From contig JALONL010000006.1 in NCBI GenBank assembly GCA_025454955.1, positions 284,198-348,197 on the forward strand: DNA of 64,000 bases, written 5' to 3'. This document shows, piece by piece, positions 1-9,700 of this stretch (position 1 is the first letter of the stretch; every line of letters starts with the position of its first letter). Origin of the DNA: Bacteroidia bacterium (GTDB taxonomy: Bacteria; Bacteroidota; Bacteroidia; Palsa-965). A program made the translations under genes and the position numbers. The notes beneath the pieces are model-generated. The model searched no databases, was not told the origin of the DNA, and saw only the letters and a list, made by a program, of their open reading frames with translations.

Positions 1-400
1 CTTCGTCGCTCAATCCCTCGCGCGATTCGATGTGACCGGGATTAAGCAGTATGCGTGTTTCGCTCGTAAGCCGCAAACCCGAGGGCAGCGCGGCAATAAG
101 AATTTCGCCGCGGGTGCAGAGGTAGTAGGCCGACATCCATTCCCAGAGCTCGAGTTGTTTTTCGGTCACTACCGGCTCGGGATCGAGAATATGTTCGATG
201 TATTTGGCGGCGTATTGGGGCGCATTTTCGTGAACTTTCCACACCACAGCCGCATACAGCTTGCTTTTGCCAAACTGCACCACCACACGCATTCCCGGCA
301 CCACGCTGCCGCTCATGCTTTGCGGTATGCGATAGGTGAACAGGTTGGGCAGTGCAAGCGGTAAAACAATATCGGCAAAAAGATCGGTGCGCTCGGCCAT
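1..400 (-). CDS. priA: Primosomal protein N' (PriA), N-terminal part; the gene continues beyond the window edge
   Basis: Minus-strand translation from the ATG at 398-400 reads MAERTDLFADIVLPLALPNLFTYRIPQSMSGSVVPGMRVVVQFGKSKLYAAVVW..., which matches the conserved PriA N-terminal 3'-DNA-binding region. It is absent from the ORF track only because it has no in-window stop. Confidence 0.75.
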   Translation of the reverse strand, partial: MAERTDLFADIVLPLALPNLFTYRIPQSMSGSVVPGMRVVVQFGKSKLYAAVVWKVHENAPQYAAKYIEHILDPEPVVTEKQLELWEWMSAYYLCTRGEILIAALPSGLRLTSETRILLNPGHIESREGLSDE

Positions 401-433
401 TGCACAAAAGTACGAAGCAATCGCTGTAATAAA

Positions 434-2017
434 TTATAATTGATAATCGGGATGATCGGGGAAGGGATACACTATGGCGTTGGGAATATTATGCTGCACA
501 TTGAAGCGCTGAAAAAACAGCGGATGAAATACACAATCGTCGCGGTCGGTGAGAATGAGATTGTCTTCGTTGAAATATTCGAAATCGGCTTCAATTACGC
601 CCGATGCTTCGTTGTAACGGCGCACACGGCCAATAATGCCAAGCTCGGCACAGAGCATACGGAAATTGTAGGGCGAGTATTCTTCGTTTTCCCACTGCGA
701 ACTGGTTACACGGGCCACACGGTCGAGGTCTTTGCCTTTAAACATCATGGGCAGGCCGGTAAGTGCGTTCAGAATTTTATCGGCGTTGTGGTGAATTTTC
801 TTGTACGAGTTAATTACCTCGGTAGCCAGCAACGATTGTACCGAATCGACCGAACTGGCTGCATCGCGCGAAGGGTTATCGGAGTAATAATGGTTATCGC
901 TGATGATGTTAAAAAACTTGTTGCATATAATAACCAGTTGCCGTGGCCGAAGCTGGGTGTGGCGAAGAATGAACACAAATGAATTTTCGCGCACACCTGC
1001 ACCGTTTATCAGTTCCTTGCCGAAGTAAGGTTCCCACACTTTCTTCATTACATCGGCCGGGCGTTCAAAATCAACCGTGTCGCTTTCTTTCCAGCGTGAG
1101 GTTTCCTTGAGGTGCATGTACCAGCGCCAGCACACAAAGCGCAGCAGTTCTTTGGGGCGCCAGTGCATAACCAGCGGATCGCGCACCACTTTAAGCGGGT
1201 TTGGAATAACCGAGGAAAGAAGATGCGGAAACACTTCGGCCGACATGAATACTTTAAGGTGCAGACCGCGGAAGCAATACTCGCCGTTAAACTCCGACGC
1301 AAATTCGATGAGTGCCGAAATGGCCGCCATCATGGCCGAATTGCCGGTAGGATAATCTTCTATGGAATCTATGGCAATAACGGCTTCGTCGGCTTTCGAA
1401 TGCTTGAGCACGGCTTCCTGCGCACGGCGGAATACTTCGGAATTGAGGCGGTCTTCGATGGTGTCGAACACTGCTTCTATGCCGCCAATGCCGGTGAATT
1501 TATTGACTAAACTCTGAATGATGTTGAGTACAATGCGCGATGGTGTGTTCTTCTTTTCATCGCTCACATCCATAAACTCGGCAATGCGTATTTCATCGTC
1601 CTTGCCGGCATACTCGCGGAAAATAAGCGCCCAGATTACGTATTTCCAGATGAGCCTTGTTTTATGCGTAGTATGCAGCGCATTTTCTTCGAGCAGGCGC
1701 GCCACTTTTTCGAGCACCACCTGGTACAATTGTGGTTCGTTTACGTCGATACTGCGGTAATTCTTACCATGCAAATCGGCAAACGAAAAGTATTCGATGA
1801 GCGATGATTTTCCCGAACCTCTGCGGCCTACAATTAAATACGTATTGCGGTCGAGAAGTTTGTTTTCAAAACGACGGTTGCGGAAGTAGTACTTCTCGTA
1901 ATTATTATCCAGCAAACGTTTTTCATCTTCACAACTGTTTTCACCAAATGGCTTAATTAATATGGTCATACAATTCTGTTCGTTTCCGGTTCGGCAGTTG
2001 GGTCCTGCAAACTGCAA
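434..2017 (-). CDS. P-loop NTPase of unknown function (Walker A GRRGSGKSS, Walker-B-like VIAIDSIED); KAP/STAND-like ATP-binding protein
   Basis: A 527-aa ORF. Walker A lies about 60 aa from the N-terminus (LIVGRRGSGKSSLIEYF) with a downstream hhhhD..ED motif. The true start is probably the internal ATG at 1969 (MTILIKPF...). It is co-oriented with, and immediately downstream of, the HTH-TPR gene. Confidence 0.6.
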   Translation of the reverse strand: MQFAGPNCRTGNEQNCMTILIKPFGENSCEDEKRLLDNNYEKYYFRNRRFENKLLDRNTYLIVGRRGSGKSSLIEYFSFADLHGKNYRSIDVNEPQLYQVVLEKVARLLEENALHTTHKTRLIWKYVIWALIFREYAGKDDEIRIAEFMDVSDEKKNTPSRIVLNIIQSLVNKFTGIGGIEAVFDTIEDRLNSEVFRRAQEAVLKHSKADEAVIAIDSIEDYPTGNSAMMAAISALIEFASEFNGEYCFRGLHLKVFMSAEVFPHLLSSVIPNPLKVVRDPLVMHWRPKELLRFVCWRWYMHLKETSRWKESDTVDFERPADVMKKVWEPYFGKELINGAGVRENSFVFILRHTQLRPRQLVIICNKFFNIISDNHYYSDNPSRDAASSVDSVQSLLATEVINSYKKIHHNADKILNALTGLPMMFKGKDLDRVARVTSSQWENEEYSPYNFRMLCAELGIIGRVRRYNEASGVIEADFEYFNEDNLILTDRDDCVFHPLFFQRFNVQHNIPNAIVYPFPDHPDYQL

Positions 2018-2054
2018 TATACAACAATGAAGGGGTAAAAGTCCAGTGTGCGTG

Positions 2055-3515
2055 TTATGCGTTGCAACGCATCAGCCATTTGTCGAAACGGATGAGTTCG
2101 TAACCGGCGGGGTTCCACCAGAAATCGTCTTCGTTGCGCCGCAAAAGTTCTATGCGGTGGGCTTCCTGTATATCAAGCTGTTTGAAGCCGAGATTGGAGC
2201 GGATAAGTTTGTTGAGCAGCAGCATAATGGTGCCCAATCGTTTATCGTTTGGCGTTTTATCTGTCTCTGGCCGACGAACCGAATAACGGAATGCGTTGAG
2301 GCGGTGGGCGGCCACATCCATCATTCCGCGTTCGAGATTGAGTTGCAGGTCGATGAGGAAAAGGCCGGGCATCCAGCCGCGGTGGTCGTTTACCAGATCG
2401 CCGCAGCGGGCAATCTGGTTGGCGCTGGCTTTGTAGGCTTTCTCTTCGAGGGCAATGGCGGCAGTAAGCAGTTCGAGCCGGGCCCTGAGCAGCGGAAACT
2501 GTGCGACCTTGCGGTTGCCAAGCGCCTGCGAAATAACCTGTGTGGCGGCAAGGTGATTGCCGTTTCTGAAATGAGCCAGCGCCAGCATTCGTGCAGCCTG
2601 AAACTGCTGCTCGTACAGGCTGTCGCTCATCTCCAGGGCCTGCTGCGCATACTCGGCAGCCTGTGCATTTTCGCCCTGCGCCAGTGCTATTCCCGAAAGC
2701 TCTATGCTTACTGCCACTACGTTGCTTTCGGTATGCAAAATCGGGCTCGAACGAATGAGCGAAAGCAGGTGGTGGCCGTGTTCGCCAGCTTCGGGAAAAC
2801 TGCGCAGGGTATTGTAAAAATTCATCGCCGAGAGGTGGTAGTAAAAGCTCATGCGGTTTGATGACGACGAGGATATTTTTTTACCCATTTCGTTAAGCCG
2901 CTGCATGCCTTTCGACTGGAAATCGGCCAGGGAAACTGATTGGATAAGCTCGGGAGTTAAGAGTTCGTAGTGCAACTGTCGTGCGCGAAGCACATCGGCC
3001 TGGCAATCGTGCAGTTGCATAATTTCGCGGCTGAGCTGGCGGAACGACTCTGCGTTTTGTTGTATGGCTGGAGTGTTGCGGCGCAAATCATTCAGCAGAA
3101 GTTGTTCGGAAAACAATTCGCTCTTACGGGCCACACGCAGCGTGCGTTCGATAAGTGCATCGGCTTCGTCAAAACAGTTTCTCGACTGAAGCAGATCGGC
3201 CTGGAGCAGCGCACGACGGCAATCGAACTGAGCCTGCAAAAAAGGCATCTCCTCTTCGTTTTCCTGATCGGTAAGCAGCAAGGCTTTCAGTATATCATCC
3301 TGCAAACGCTGGCATAAGTTGATGAACGATGAAATGCGCGAATGGCTGTAACCGATTTCTTTTGCTGCTGCTTCTTCGTCCTTTCCCTCCAGAAGGAGTT
3401 CAAATAACTGATCGCGTTTCAGTCGCTCGCGATTTCCGTTTACCTGAATAATCAGACGCACGATGCGTATTTCGTATTTACTGAGTGACTGGATGAGGTT
3501 AGACAGGCCGGGCAT
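2055..3515 (-). CDS. Transcriptional-regulator-like protein with an N-terminal HTH (sigma-70 region-4/LuxR-like) and a long TPR-like alpha-helical repeat region
   Basis: A 486-aa ORF. The N-terminus (AAAKEIGYSHSRISSFINLCQRL) has an HTH pattern. The remainder consists of repeated Leu/Ala-rich ~34-aa helical-hairpin units (LALAHFRNGNHLAATQVISQAL, AAEYAQQALEMSDSLYEQ...). Confidence 0.5.
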   Translation of the reverse strand: MPGLSNLIQSLSKYEIRIVRLIIQVNGNRERLKRDQLFELLLEGKDEEAAAKEIGYSHSRISSFINLCQRLQDDILKALLLTDQENEEEMPFLQAQFDCRRALLQADLLQSRNCFDEADALIERTLRVARKSELFSEQLLLNDLRRNTPAIQQNAESFRQLSREIMQLHDCQADVLRARQLHYELLTPELIQSVSLADFQSKGMQRLNEMGKKISSSSSNRMSFYYHLSAMNFYNTLRSFPEAGEHGHHLLSLIRSSPILHTESNVVAVSIELSGIALAQGENAQAAEYAQQALEMSDSLYEQQFQAARMLALAHFRNGNHLAATQVISQALGNRKVAQFPLLRARLELLTAAIALEEKAYKASANQIARCGDLVNDHRGWMPGLFLIDLQLNLERGMMDVAAHRLNAFRYSVRRPETDKTPNDKRLGTIMLLLNKLIRSNLGFKQLDIQEAHRIELLRRNEDDFWWNPAGYELIRFDKWLMRCNA

Positions 3516-3851
3516 GAAGTATATAGACTTAGGGGATATGCACGTTTCAGATGAACCTGTATATTTTACAGATTCAAATAGTTTTCAAATAAAGCGTGAG
3601 CAGTTGCGGGGCAACAGAAAGTACGTGAATACTTCAGGGTTATGTTACTGAGGAAGAATGCAGGGAATCGAGGTTAGTTTTGAATTATTACAGAGGTTTA
3701 GGTTGTTGAATCTTTTTGTAATCTTCTGCAAAGTACAGGTATGAAGAACCAAAAGCAAACTTTTTTACATCTTTTATCATATTATTTTTTTATCAGGAAG
3801 ATTAGATTTATTTAACCGATTTAGACGGTAGTTGACACAATTTTAATTATA

Positions 3852-5429
3852 TTACCACGTTACATAAATCACTTTTTCGCTCCACGGATAGCGTATAATT
3901 GAAATCGGCCAGGGCACTTTATCAATGAGCACATCAAACGAATCGCGTTCAATGAGCAGTTCCCAGCCATCGTGCCCGGGCTGTAAACGCCCTTTATGTT
4001 GGAGAAACATTTTCCGGAATGAAGGTACGGTAGATCGTTTCAGCAATTCCCAGGTTTGAATGGCGTGTTGCACGGCTTTATCGGCTTCGGCCACAAATTC
4101 CATAAAGCGGCTATGTTCAAACTGATGCCATGCAGGCAGCGGTGTTTCGGGAGAAAGCCCTACTAAGATTTTATTAAGCAATAGCTGATGCTCGTCGAAC
4201 GGATGCGGGGCTTCTTCTTCCTGTTCGCTGAGGTTTATTTCTTCGGGGTTGCCCCAGACAAGAAGTTGCAGCAGCACGGCTGCCTCGGCCTGCGCCTGTT
4301 CACTCACAAATTTTTTATTTTCAATATGCCCGGTGCGCGCCAGAAATGTGCTGATGAATGGATAAAGCAGTACTAATCCTGCGTTTTCAATTACATAACC
4401 GTCTTCATCGGGAATGAGTGGTGTTTCGGTTTCGGGCTTTACCGGTTTATAGGGTTCATCGGTTTGCTGCGCGTCAGGCCGTTTGGCCTGTAATTCCGCA
4501 TCAGTTTGCCGGATGAGTTGAATAAGCTCCTGCCATTGTGCAGCAGATAACTGAGCCGGGGAAACACCGTTTTCTTTTGCAGCGGCTGCAGTAATTTCAT
4601 TTTCAGAAAACCCATGTGCAGCCGCAATTTCAAGAAGCCGCGCAAAGGGTTTCGAATACGAAGGCGCGGGGATGGTTTCAATTTCCCTGCGCAGTATGTA
4701 AAGCACACCTGCCGGTGAAATTTCCGGCTCACGGCTTTTTACAAAAAGCACGGTGGCTGCAAACTCTGCCGCAGCATAAGCACTGCCTTCGCTGCGGAGG
4801 TAACTGCCAAGCAGTTTCACGAAATGGCGAAGGCCGCTATCGGTAAACAGTTGCAGAAAAAACTCCTCTTTGAGTTGCAAAGCCAGCCTGAGAAATCCGT
4901 TGTATTGCTTTTGTACGGCAAGTTCACGCAGCAATTGGGTCATGGCTTCCTTACCAGCCAGTTGACTCACAAGTTCCTGCAAACTCTGTTTCACGGCCGA
5001 GCGCCAGGGCAGCAAACCGCTCACCAGCAAATGCCATATTATTTCCTGTGTGCTGTAAATCCTGCTTTTGAGATGTACGGCAATTTCAATACTGTTGCCT
5101 TGTTCATCGGTATCATAAAGAACCACTTCCCTGCCCGCCTCTTCGCGCGCCTGCTGTACAAGTCGCTCCAACTGGCTTGCAAGAACAGTTTTAAACTGTG
5201 TGGCAAAAGTTTCGCTGAAATTCGATACTGTAAAACGCCCGGCATCAATCACTAACCTGTCGATGGTAAGAAACTCATCAGGCCCCACAAATTCATCGAG
5301 TACAGCCGAAACAGACCGGATAATTTCGTCCTTTCTATCCCGCAGCACTTCATCCTGAATAGTAATTCCCTGTTGCTGGTCGGGCACCTGCAACTCGATT
5401 TCAAAACGACGAATAATGTGATTGTTCAT
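3852..5429 (-). CDS. Hypothetical protein (525 aa) with no recognisable domain and an acidic central linker
   Basis: A long ORF with coding-like composition and no convincing overlapping alternative. An AT-rich putative promoter region lies upstream at 5430-5690. Confidence 0.5.
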   Translation of the reverse strand: MNNHIIRRFEIELQVPDQQQGITIQDEVLRDRKDEIIRSVSAVLDEFVGPDEFLTIDRLVIDAGRFTVSNFSETFATQFKTVLASQLERLVQQAREEAGREVVLYDTDEQGNSIEIAVHLKSRIYSTQEIIWHLLVSGLLPWRSAVKQSLQELVSQLAGKEAMTQLLRELAVQKQYNGFLRLALQLKEEFFLQLFTDSGLRHFVKLLGSYLRSEGSAYAAAEFAATVLFVKSREPEISPAGVLYILRREIETIPAPSYSKPFARLLEIAAAHGFSENEITAAAAKENGVSPAQLSAAQWQELIQLIRQTDAELQAKRPDAQQTDEPYKPVKPETETPLIPDEDGYVIENAGLVLLYPFISTFLARTGHIENKKFVSEQAQAEAAVLLQLLVWGNPEEINLSEQEEEAPHPFDEHQLLLNKILVGLSPETPLPAWHQFEHSRFMEFVAEADKAVQHAIQTWELLKRSTVPSFRKMFLQHKGRLQPGHDGWELLIERDSFDVLIDKVPWPISIIRYPWSEKVIYVTW

Positions 5430-5629
5430 ACGGGGTTAATGTGGCATAAAGATACAACGGCCGGGAGCCGATGTCAAGCCAAAAAATGTAATAATTTAAC
5501 TTTATCATGCTGATTTTCAAATCATTTAATTTCAGAAAAATGTAACCCGAAATCACTCATTTAAAGCAATTCATTCAATGTATCAAACACCTGTTTCATC
5601 TTATAATTTCGAGGTGCCGGGAAATGGTA

Positions 5630-5675
5630 AAATAAAGAGCCGGACATTCGGCCCGGCTCTTTGTATAAAAGCAAT
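5630..5675 (-). terminator. Putative Rho-independent terminator downstream of the HIT gene
   Basis: Minus-strand read: AAAGAGCCGGGC-CGAATGT-CCGGCTCTTT followed by ATTTTA. The hairpin sits directly after the HIT stop. Confidence 0.45.
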
Positions 5676-5689
5676 CTTGTATTAAGTGT

Positions 5690-6091
5690 TTACCCGGCCA
5701 GAAAGGCTTCGCTTATTTTACGTGCGGTTTCGGCAAGTTCTTCGGGCGAAGGTTTGAGTTTTTCGCGGGTAAAATTGATGTCGTTTATTTCGTTGAGCGG
5801 CACTAAGTGAATGTGTGCGTGCGGCACTTCGAGACCGATTACGGCCATTCCCACCTTGCGGCAGGGAATTACTTTTTTCACCGCTTTTGCTACCTCGCGG
5901 GCAAAGAGATGCAGTTCGGAATACAACTCAGTGTCGAGATCAAAAATCAGGTCGGTTTCCTGTTTGGGAATAACCAGCACATGACCCTGAGCCAGCGGAA
6001 ACACATCGAGAAACGCCAGGCAGTTGGCCGTTTCGGCTACTTTGTGCGAGGGAATTTCGCCGTTTACAATGCGGGTGAAAATGGAAGCCAT
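5690..6091 (-). CDS. HIT-family (histidine triad) nucleotide hydrolase
   Basis: A 133-aa ORF containing the HIT motif HAHIHLVP and the conserved GQ.V.H.HVH.IPK-like N-terminal region (AQGHVLVIPK). Confidence 0.85.
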   Translation of the reverse strand: MASIFTRIVNGEIPSHKVAETANCLAFLDVFPLAQGHVLVIPKQETDLIFDLDTELYSELHLFAREVAKAVKKVIPCRKVGMAVIGLEVPHAHIHLVPLNEINDINFTREKLKPSPEELAETARKISEAFLAG

Positions 6092-6564
6092 CAGCGCGAA
6101 ATATCTACCACTTCAAACTGCATCATGCCCGAAGGAACTGTTACATCGCACACATCGCCCACCTTGCGGCCAAGAAGTCCTTTGGCAATGGGCGAGTTGA
6201 TGGATATTTTGCCCGATTTAAGATCGGCTTCGTTTTCGGGCACCAGCGTGTAGCTCATCCTGGCGCCATTCTTGGTGTTTTTAACCGTCACTTTACAAAG
6301 TATCAGCACTTTGGAAGTGTCGAGCTGGCTTTCATCCACAATGCGGGCATTGCTTACCAGTTCTTCCAGTTTAGAAATTTTGAGCTCCAGCATTCCCTGG
6401 GCATCCTTGGCTGCATCGTATTCGGCGTTTTCAGATAAATCGCCTTTATCGCGGGCTTCAGCAATCTGACGGGAAATGCTCGAACGCTCTTTGGTTTTCA
6501 GAAAATGCAATTCGTCTTTCAGCTTGCGCAGACCCTCTTCGGTAACATAAGTAATTTGTGACAT
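6091..6564 (-). CDS. greA: Transcription elongation factor GreA
   Basis: A 157-aa ORF. MSQITYVTEEGLRKLKDEL...GDLSENAEYDAAKD... is the canonical GreA coiled-coil plus FKBP-like C-domain. Its start overlaps the HIT stop. Confidence 0.9.
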   Translation of the reverse strand: MSQITYVTEEGLRKLKDELHFLKTKERSSISRQIAEARDKGDLSENAEYDAAKDAQGMLELKISKLEELVSNARIVDESQLDTSKVLILCKVTVKNTKNGARMSYTLVPENEADLKSGKISINSPIAKGLLGRKVGDVCDVTVPSGMMQFEVVDISR

Positions 6565-6754
6565 ACGATTTAAGTGTATGTGAGTAACTCAATGGAAAGC
6601 AGAAAGAGAATCCCGGTGTTTTTACACACCGGGACTCTCTTCTTGATTTACAAATATACACATTCAGGTAAAAAAGTCAAGTCCTTAATGTGTCAAAATT
6701 AACATCGGGGAATATTTAATCTATTGAATAACAAATACATACAAACTACCCGGA

Positions 6755-9700
6755 TTAATACGCATCCAGATCAAGCGGACGCATTACCCCAAACCATTTC
6801 AGTATCTTCTCTCCCACCCCGGGAACTTCCACATGAATAATATATAAACCGCTGGCCAACGGTATACCGGCCTGATTTTTCAAATCCCAGTCGAGCGAGG
6901 TAATCTGCGAATCGTCTTTGGTGTAGGTTCTTACCAGCGTGCCGCTTACGGTGTAAATCCTTATTCTGCACTTATCGGGCAGGTTGGTGATTTTTACGCG
7001 GTTGTCGAGCTGGTTTTTCTCGTAGCCCGAATAGGCGTAGTAAGGATTGGGCACCACGTTAATCAGGTCGAGCGCATTAACGGCGGCGTTTTGGTTTTGG
7101 GTAGCCACTTTCAGGTTTCGGGTATTGAAAGTGTACATCGGGTTGTTTCTGTTTTGAACGGGGGTGGCGGTGCCGGCGCTGTCGGTGGCCATTATCACGT
7201 TTCCGCCTGCGGGATTCATGCCGTTGTAAAAACGCTTGTAGGGCTTGGCCACACGCAGGCGCACACGGGCATCGCAGGGCAGCGGCGAACCGTTGTAATT
7301 CCAGTTGTGTGCAGCATAATCGCGGTCGAGCATCGGAATGCTTACCCACATGGCATCGGCCCAGATTTCGCGGCGGTACGTATTGGCCAGCGGCGATTGC
7401 ATGATGTCTATCATCGTTTTGCCCATGTCGTAAGCCGGAATGTCTCTCAGCCTGCCGTCGAGCGAGGGATCGATGCCGCTGAACACCGCGTTTCCGTTGT
7501 GGCCGAATACGTAGAGATAATGCATTCCGCCCCAGAGCACATTGTTAAACTGCGTCATTTCGTTGGCGCTCGGATTCCAGAGCATATCGCGGCCGTTTTC
7601 GGCAGCAAGGCCGGTGTTTTCGGAAAAGGCCATGTTGAGCCGCTCACCGGTTTCCACGTTTATGGCATAGCCCGGAAACCAGCCCATGCCCGTGCTGCTG
7701 ATGAGGTTGGCTTCTGCCGCATTGTTCTGCGTGCCCTGCTTGTCAACCGAAGGCGAATTGCGCAGCGTAAATGCTTCGCGCTGGCCCAGATTCATCTGCT
7801 TCACCGGGCCCGACTCAAACACAGGCACCCGCGTCCATTTCGATTTATCGTTCGTGAAAACGATGTCCACGCTGGCAATGTTCTCCAACTTGTTTGCCGA
7901 AAGCGATACCGCATTGTTCAGCGCAGGCCCGGCCGGATTGCAAATAGTGGTGGCCGAGGGCGAAGGATTAAGCGCACACATGCGATACGGTGCCCAGGTG
8001 CCGTCAATCAGTTTTTCAAATTCCTGCTGCTCGTCGAACCACGTTCCGCCGTACTGAAACTGCCGTTCATCGTCCCAGAAAATCCGGCAGGGATCAGTAG
8101 TATCGCCCCGCACCGTGCCCGAACGAATCCAGTTGCCAGGCTGTTGCCCGTCGCGGTCTTTCACGCCACTCAGCCAGCGTTTGGTTTCATCGCTGAATGT
8201 GATGTTGGCTTCCAGCACACCGTTTTTATCGGGGTTAAACTGCCAGCCCGGATTCTGTACCTGGCTCACGGTTATGGATAAACCAAGATCAGGAATCAAC
8301 TGCTCGTTGGCAAAAATGCTGGCCATGGAAATGGCACGGTCTGATACGGCCACCACACGGTTTACCGGAGTGGTTTGACGAAGTTCCCATCGTGCAGTAT
8401 CGGTTACAGTATATTTTGAATACGGGTTATTAATCAGTCGCAATTCAAAATCGCCCTCGGGCACGTTAAGCGGGTCAATCACTTTTATATTCACCGGCCC
8501 GCGTCCTGCCGCATAGGTAATCATATCGGCCCTGCTGGTGCCGCCATTGTTTACGGTGGCTGCATTTAAAATGGCAAGTTCCGATGCCGGGGTGAGATCA
8601 ATAACCTGATTGCCGTTTCCGCAACCTTCCACCCGCGTAATTTCAGGCCCTGAGCCATACTGCGAGCTTTGGAATGTGCCACCCAGTTCGGGCGAAGGAA
8701 TGTGCGGAATGGCAGTATATTTTACAATGTTTCCGCGACCGGCCAGATATGGCTTTTTCTGCCCGATGTTCGACGGTTTGTTCGGATTAAGCGTATCGAA
8801 CGATTCTTCGAGGTATTTTAAATATTCATTCTGTGCATAAGCGCGCACAGTGTAGTAATACGTTTTATGATTCACCAAACGCCGGTCGCCGCTGGCAAAA
8901 GCATCTTCACGAATGCTGAACGAATGTTGTATGCCTTTATCGTCGGCCTGCAAGGTCATATCCATTGGCACTTCCATTCCAAGCGACGCGTCGAGAGTGC
9001 GGTTTACCAGTTGGGCAATTCCGTTGCGCACATCGCACTGGGCCACTAAGCGGGCTTTGTCGGCATCATACACATCCGTTGGGCTTACCGTTTCGTCTTT
9101 CAGTTGAAAAATCTGATAGCCTTCAAAGTTGTAGGTGGTATCAAGTCCTGCTCCGCCGTAGCGTGTAACCAGATTGTGATAGGCCACAATATTCGCATCG
9201 GTGGTGCTGAAATTTCCGAGGTAATTATTGCTTGAAGGCGAATTCTTGAGGTAAATCACAATTTCTTTATCGAGTTCCTGAATATCCATATCAGGCGCAC
9301 GCGGGCCTTCGAGTGTGCGGAAACAGGAATTGAAAAGTGTTTGTGCCTTATCGTCGGTTACACGCAGCAGTTCAACCGATGCCAGCGGCCCGCCCGAGGC
9401 GGCACGGGCCCATACGGCACCTACGGTGATATAATTTACTTCACCCGGCTCCAATGTAAATGGGCCGGCCGAGGTGAGCATACGGCGGTCGTCGGGCGTA
9501 TTACCGGCCGTTACTTCTGTCCAGGGAGTAGTGCTGAATTGCGGATCGGTAGAACCCGGAAACATGAAATTGGCCGGTTGCGATCCACCATAGCCATTGC
9601 CTCCATACGTAATGGGTGTGCCGTCTTTCCAAAAGCCGCTCAGGTAGTTGTAATAATGCGTGGCATTTTGCGGCTCGCCAATTACCGACTCGTTATTGTT

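Noticed and set aside
32-407. ORF-track entries 32..364(+) and 42..407(-) at the window start
   Set aside because: A different minus-strand frame starting at 400 gives a convincing PriA N-terminus running off the window edge. The listed ORFs are alternative-frame artefacts.
6565-6755. Hairpin CCCGGTGT…ACACCGGG (about 6611-6640) as a terminator between giant gene A and greA
   Set aside because: No U-tract follows on the transcribed (minus) strand, so evidence for an intrinsic terminator is weak. It may be a regulatory or attenuator hairpin, but this is unsupported.
7091-8281. 396-aa plus-strand ORF (and others, e.g. 9341..10153, 15614..16111, 17776..18522) inside the giant T9SS genes
   Set aside because: Antisense to long, paralog-supported coding sequences, with no independent motif support.
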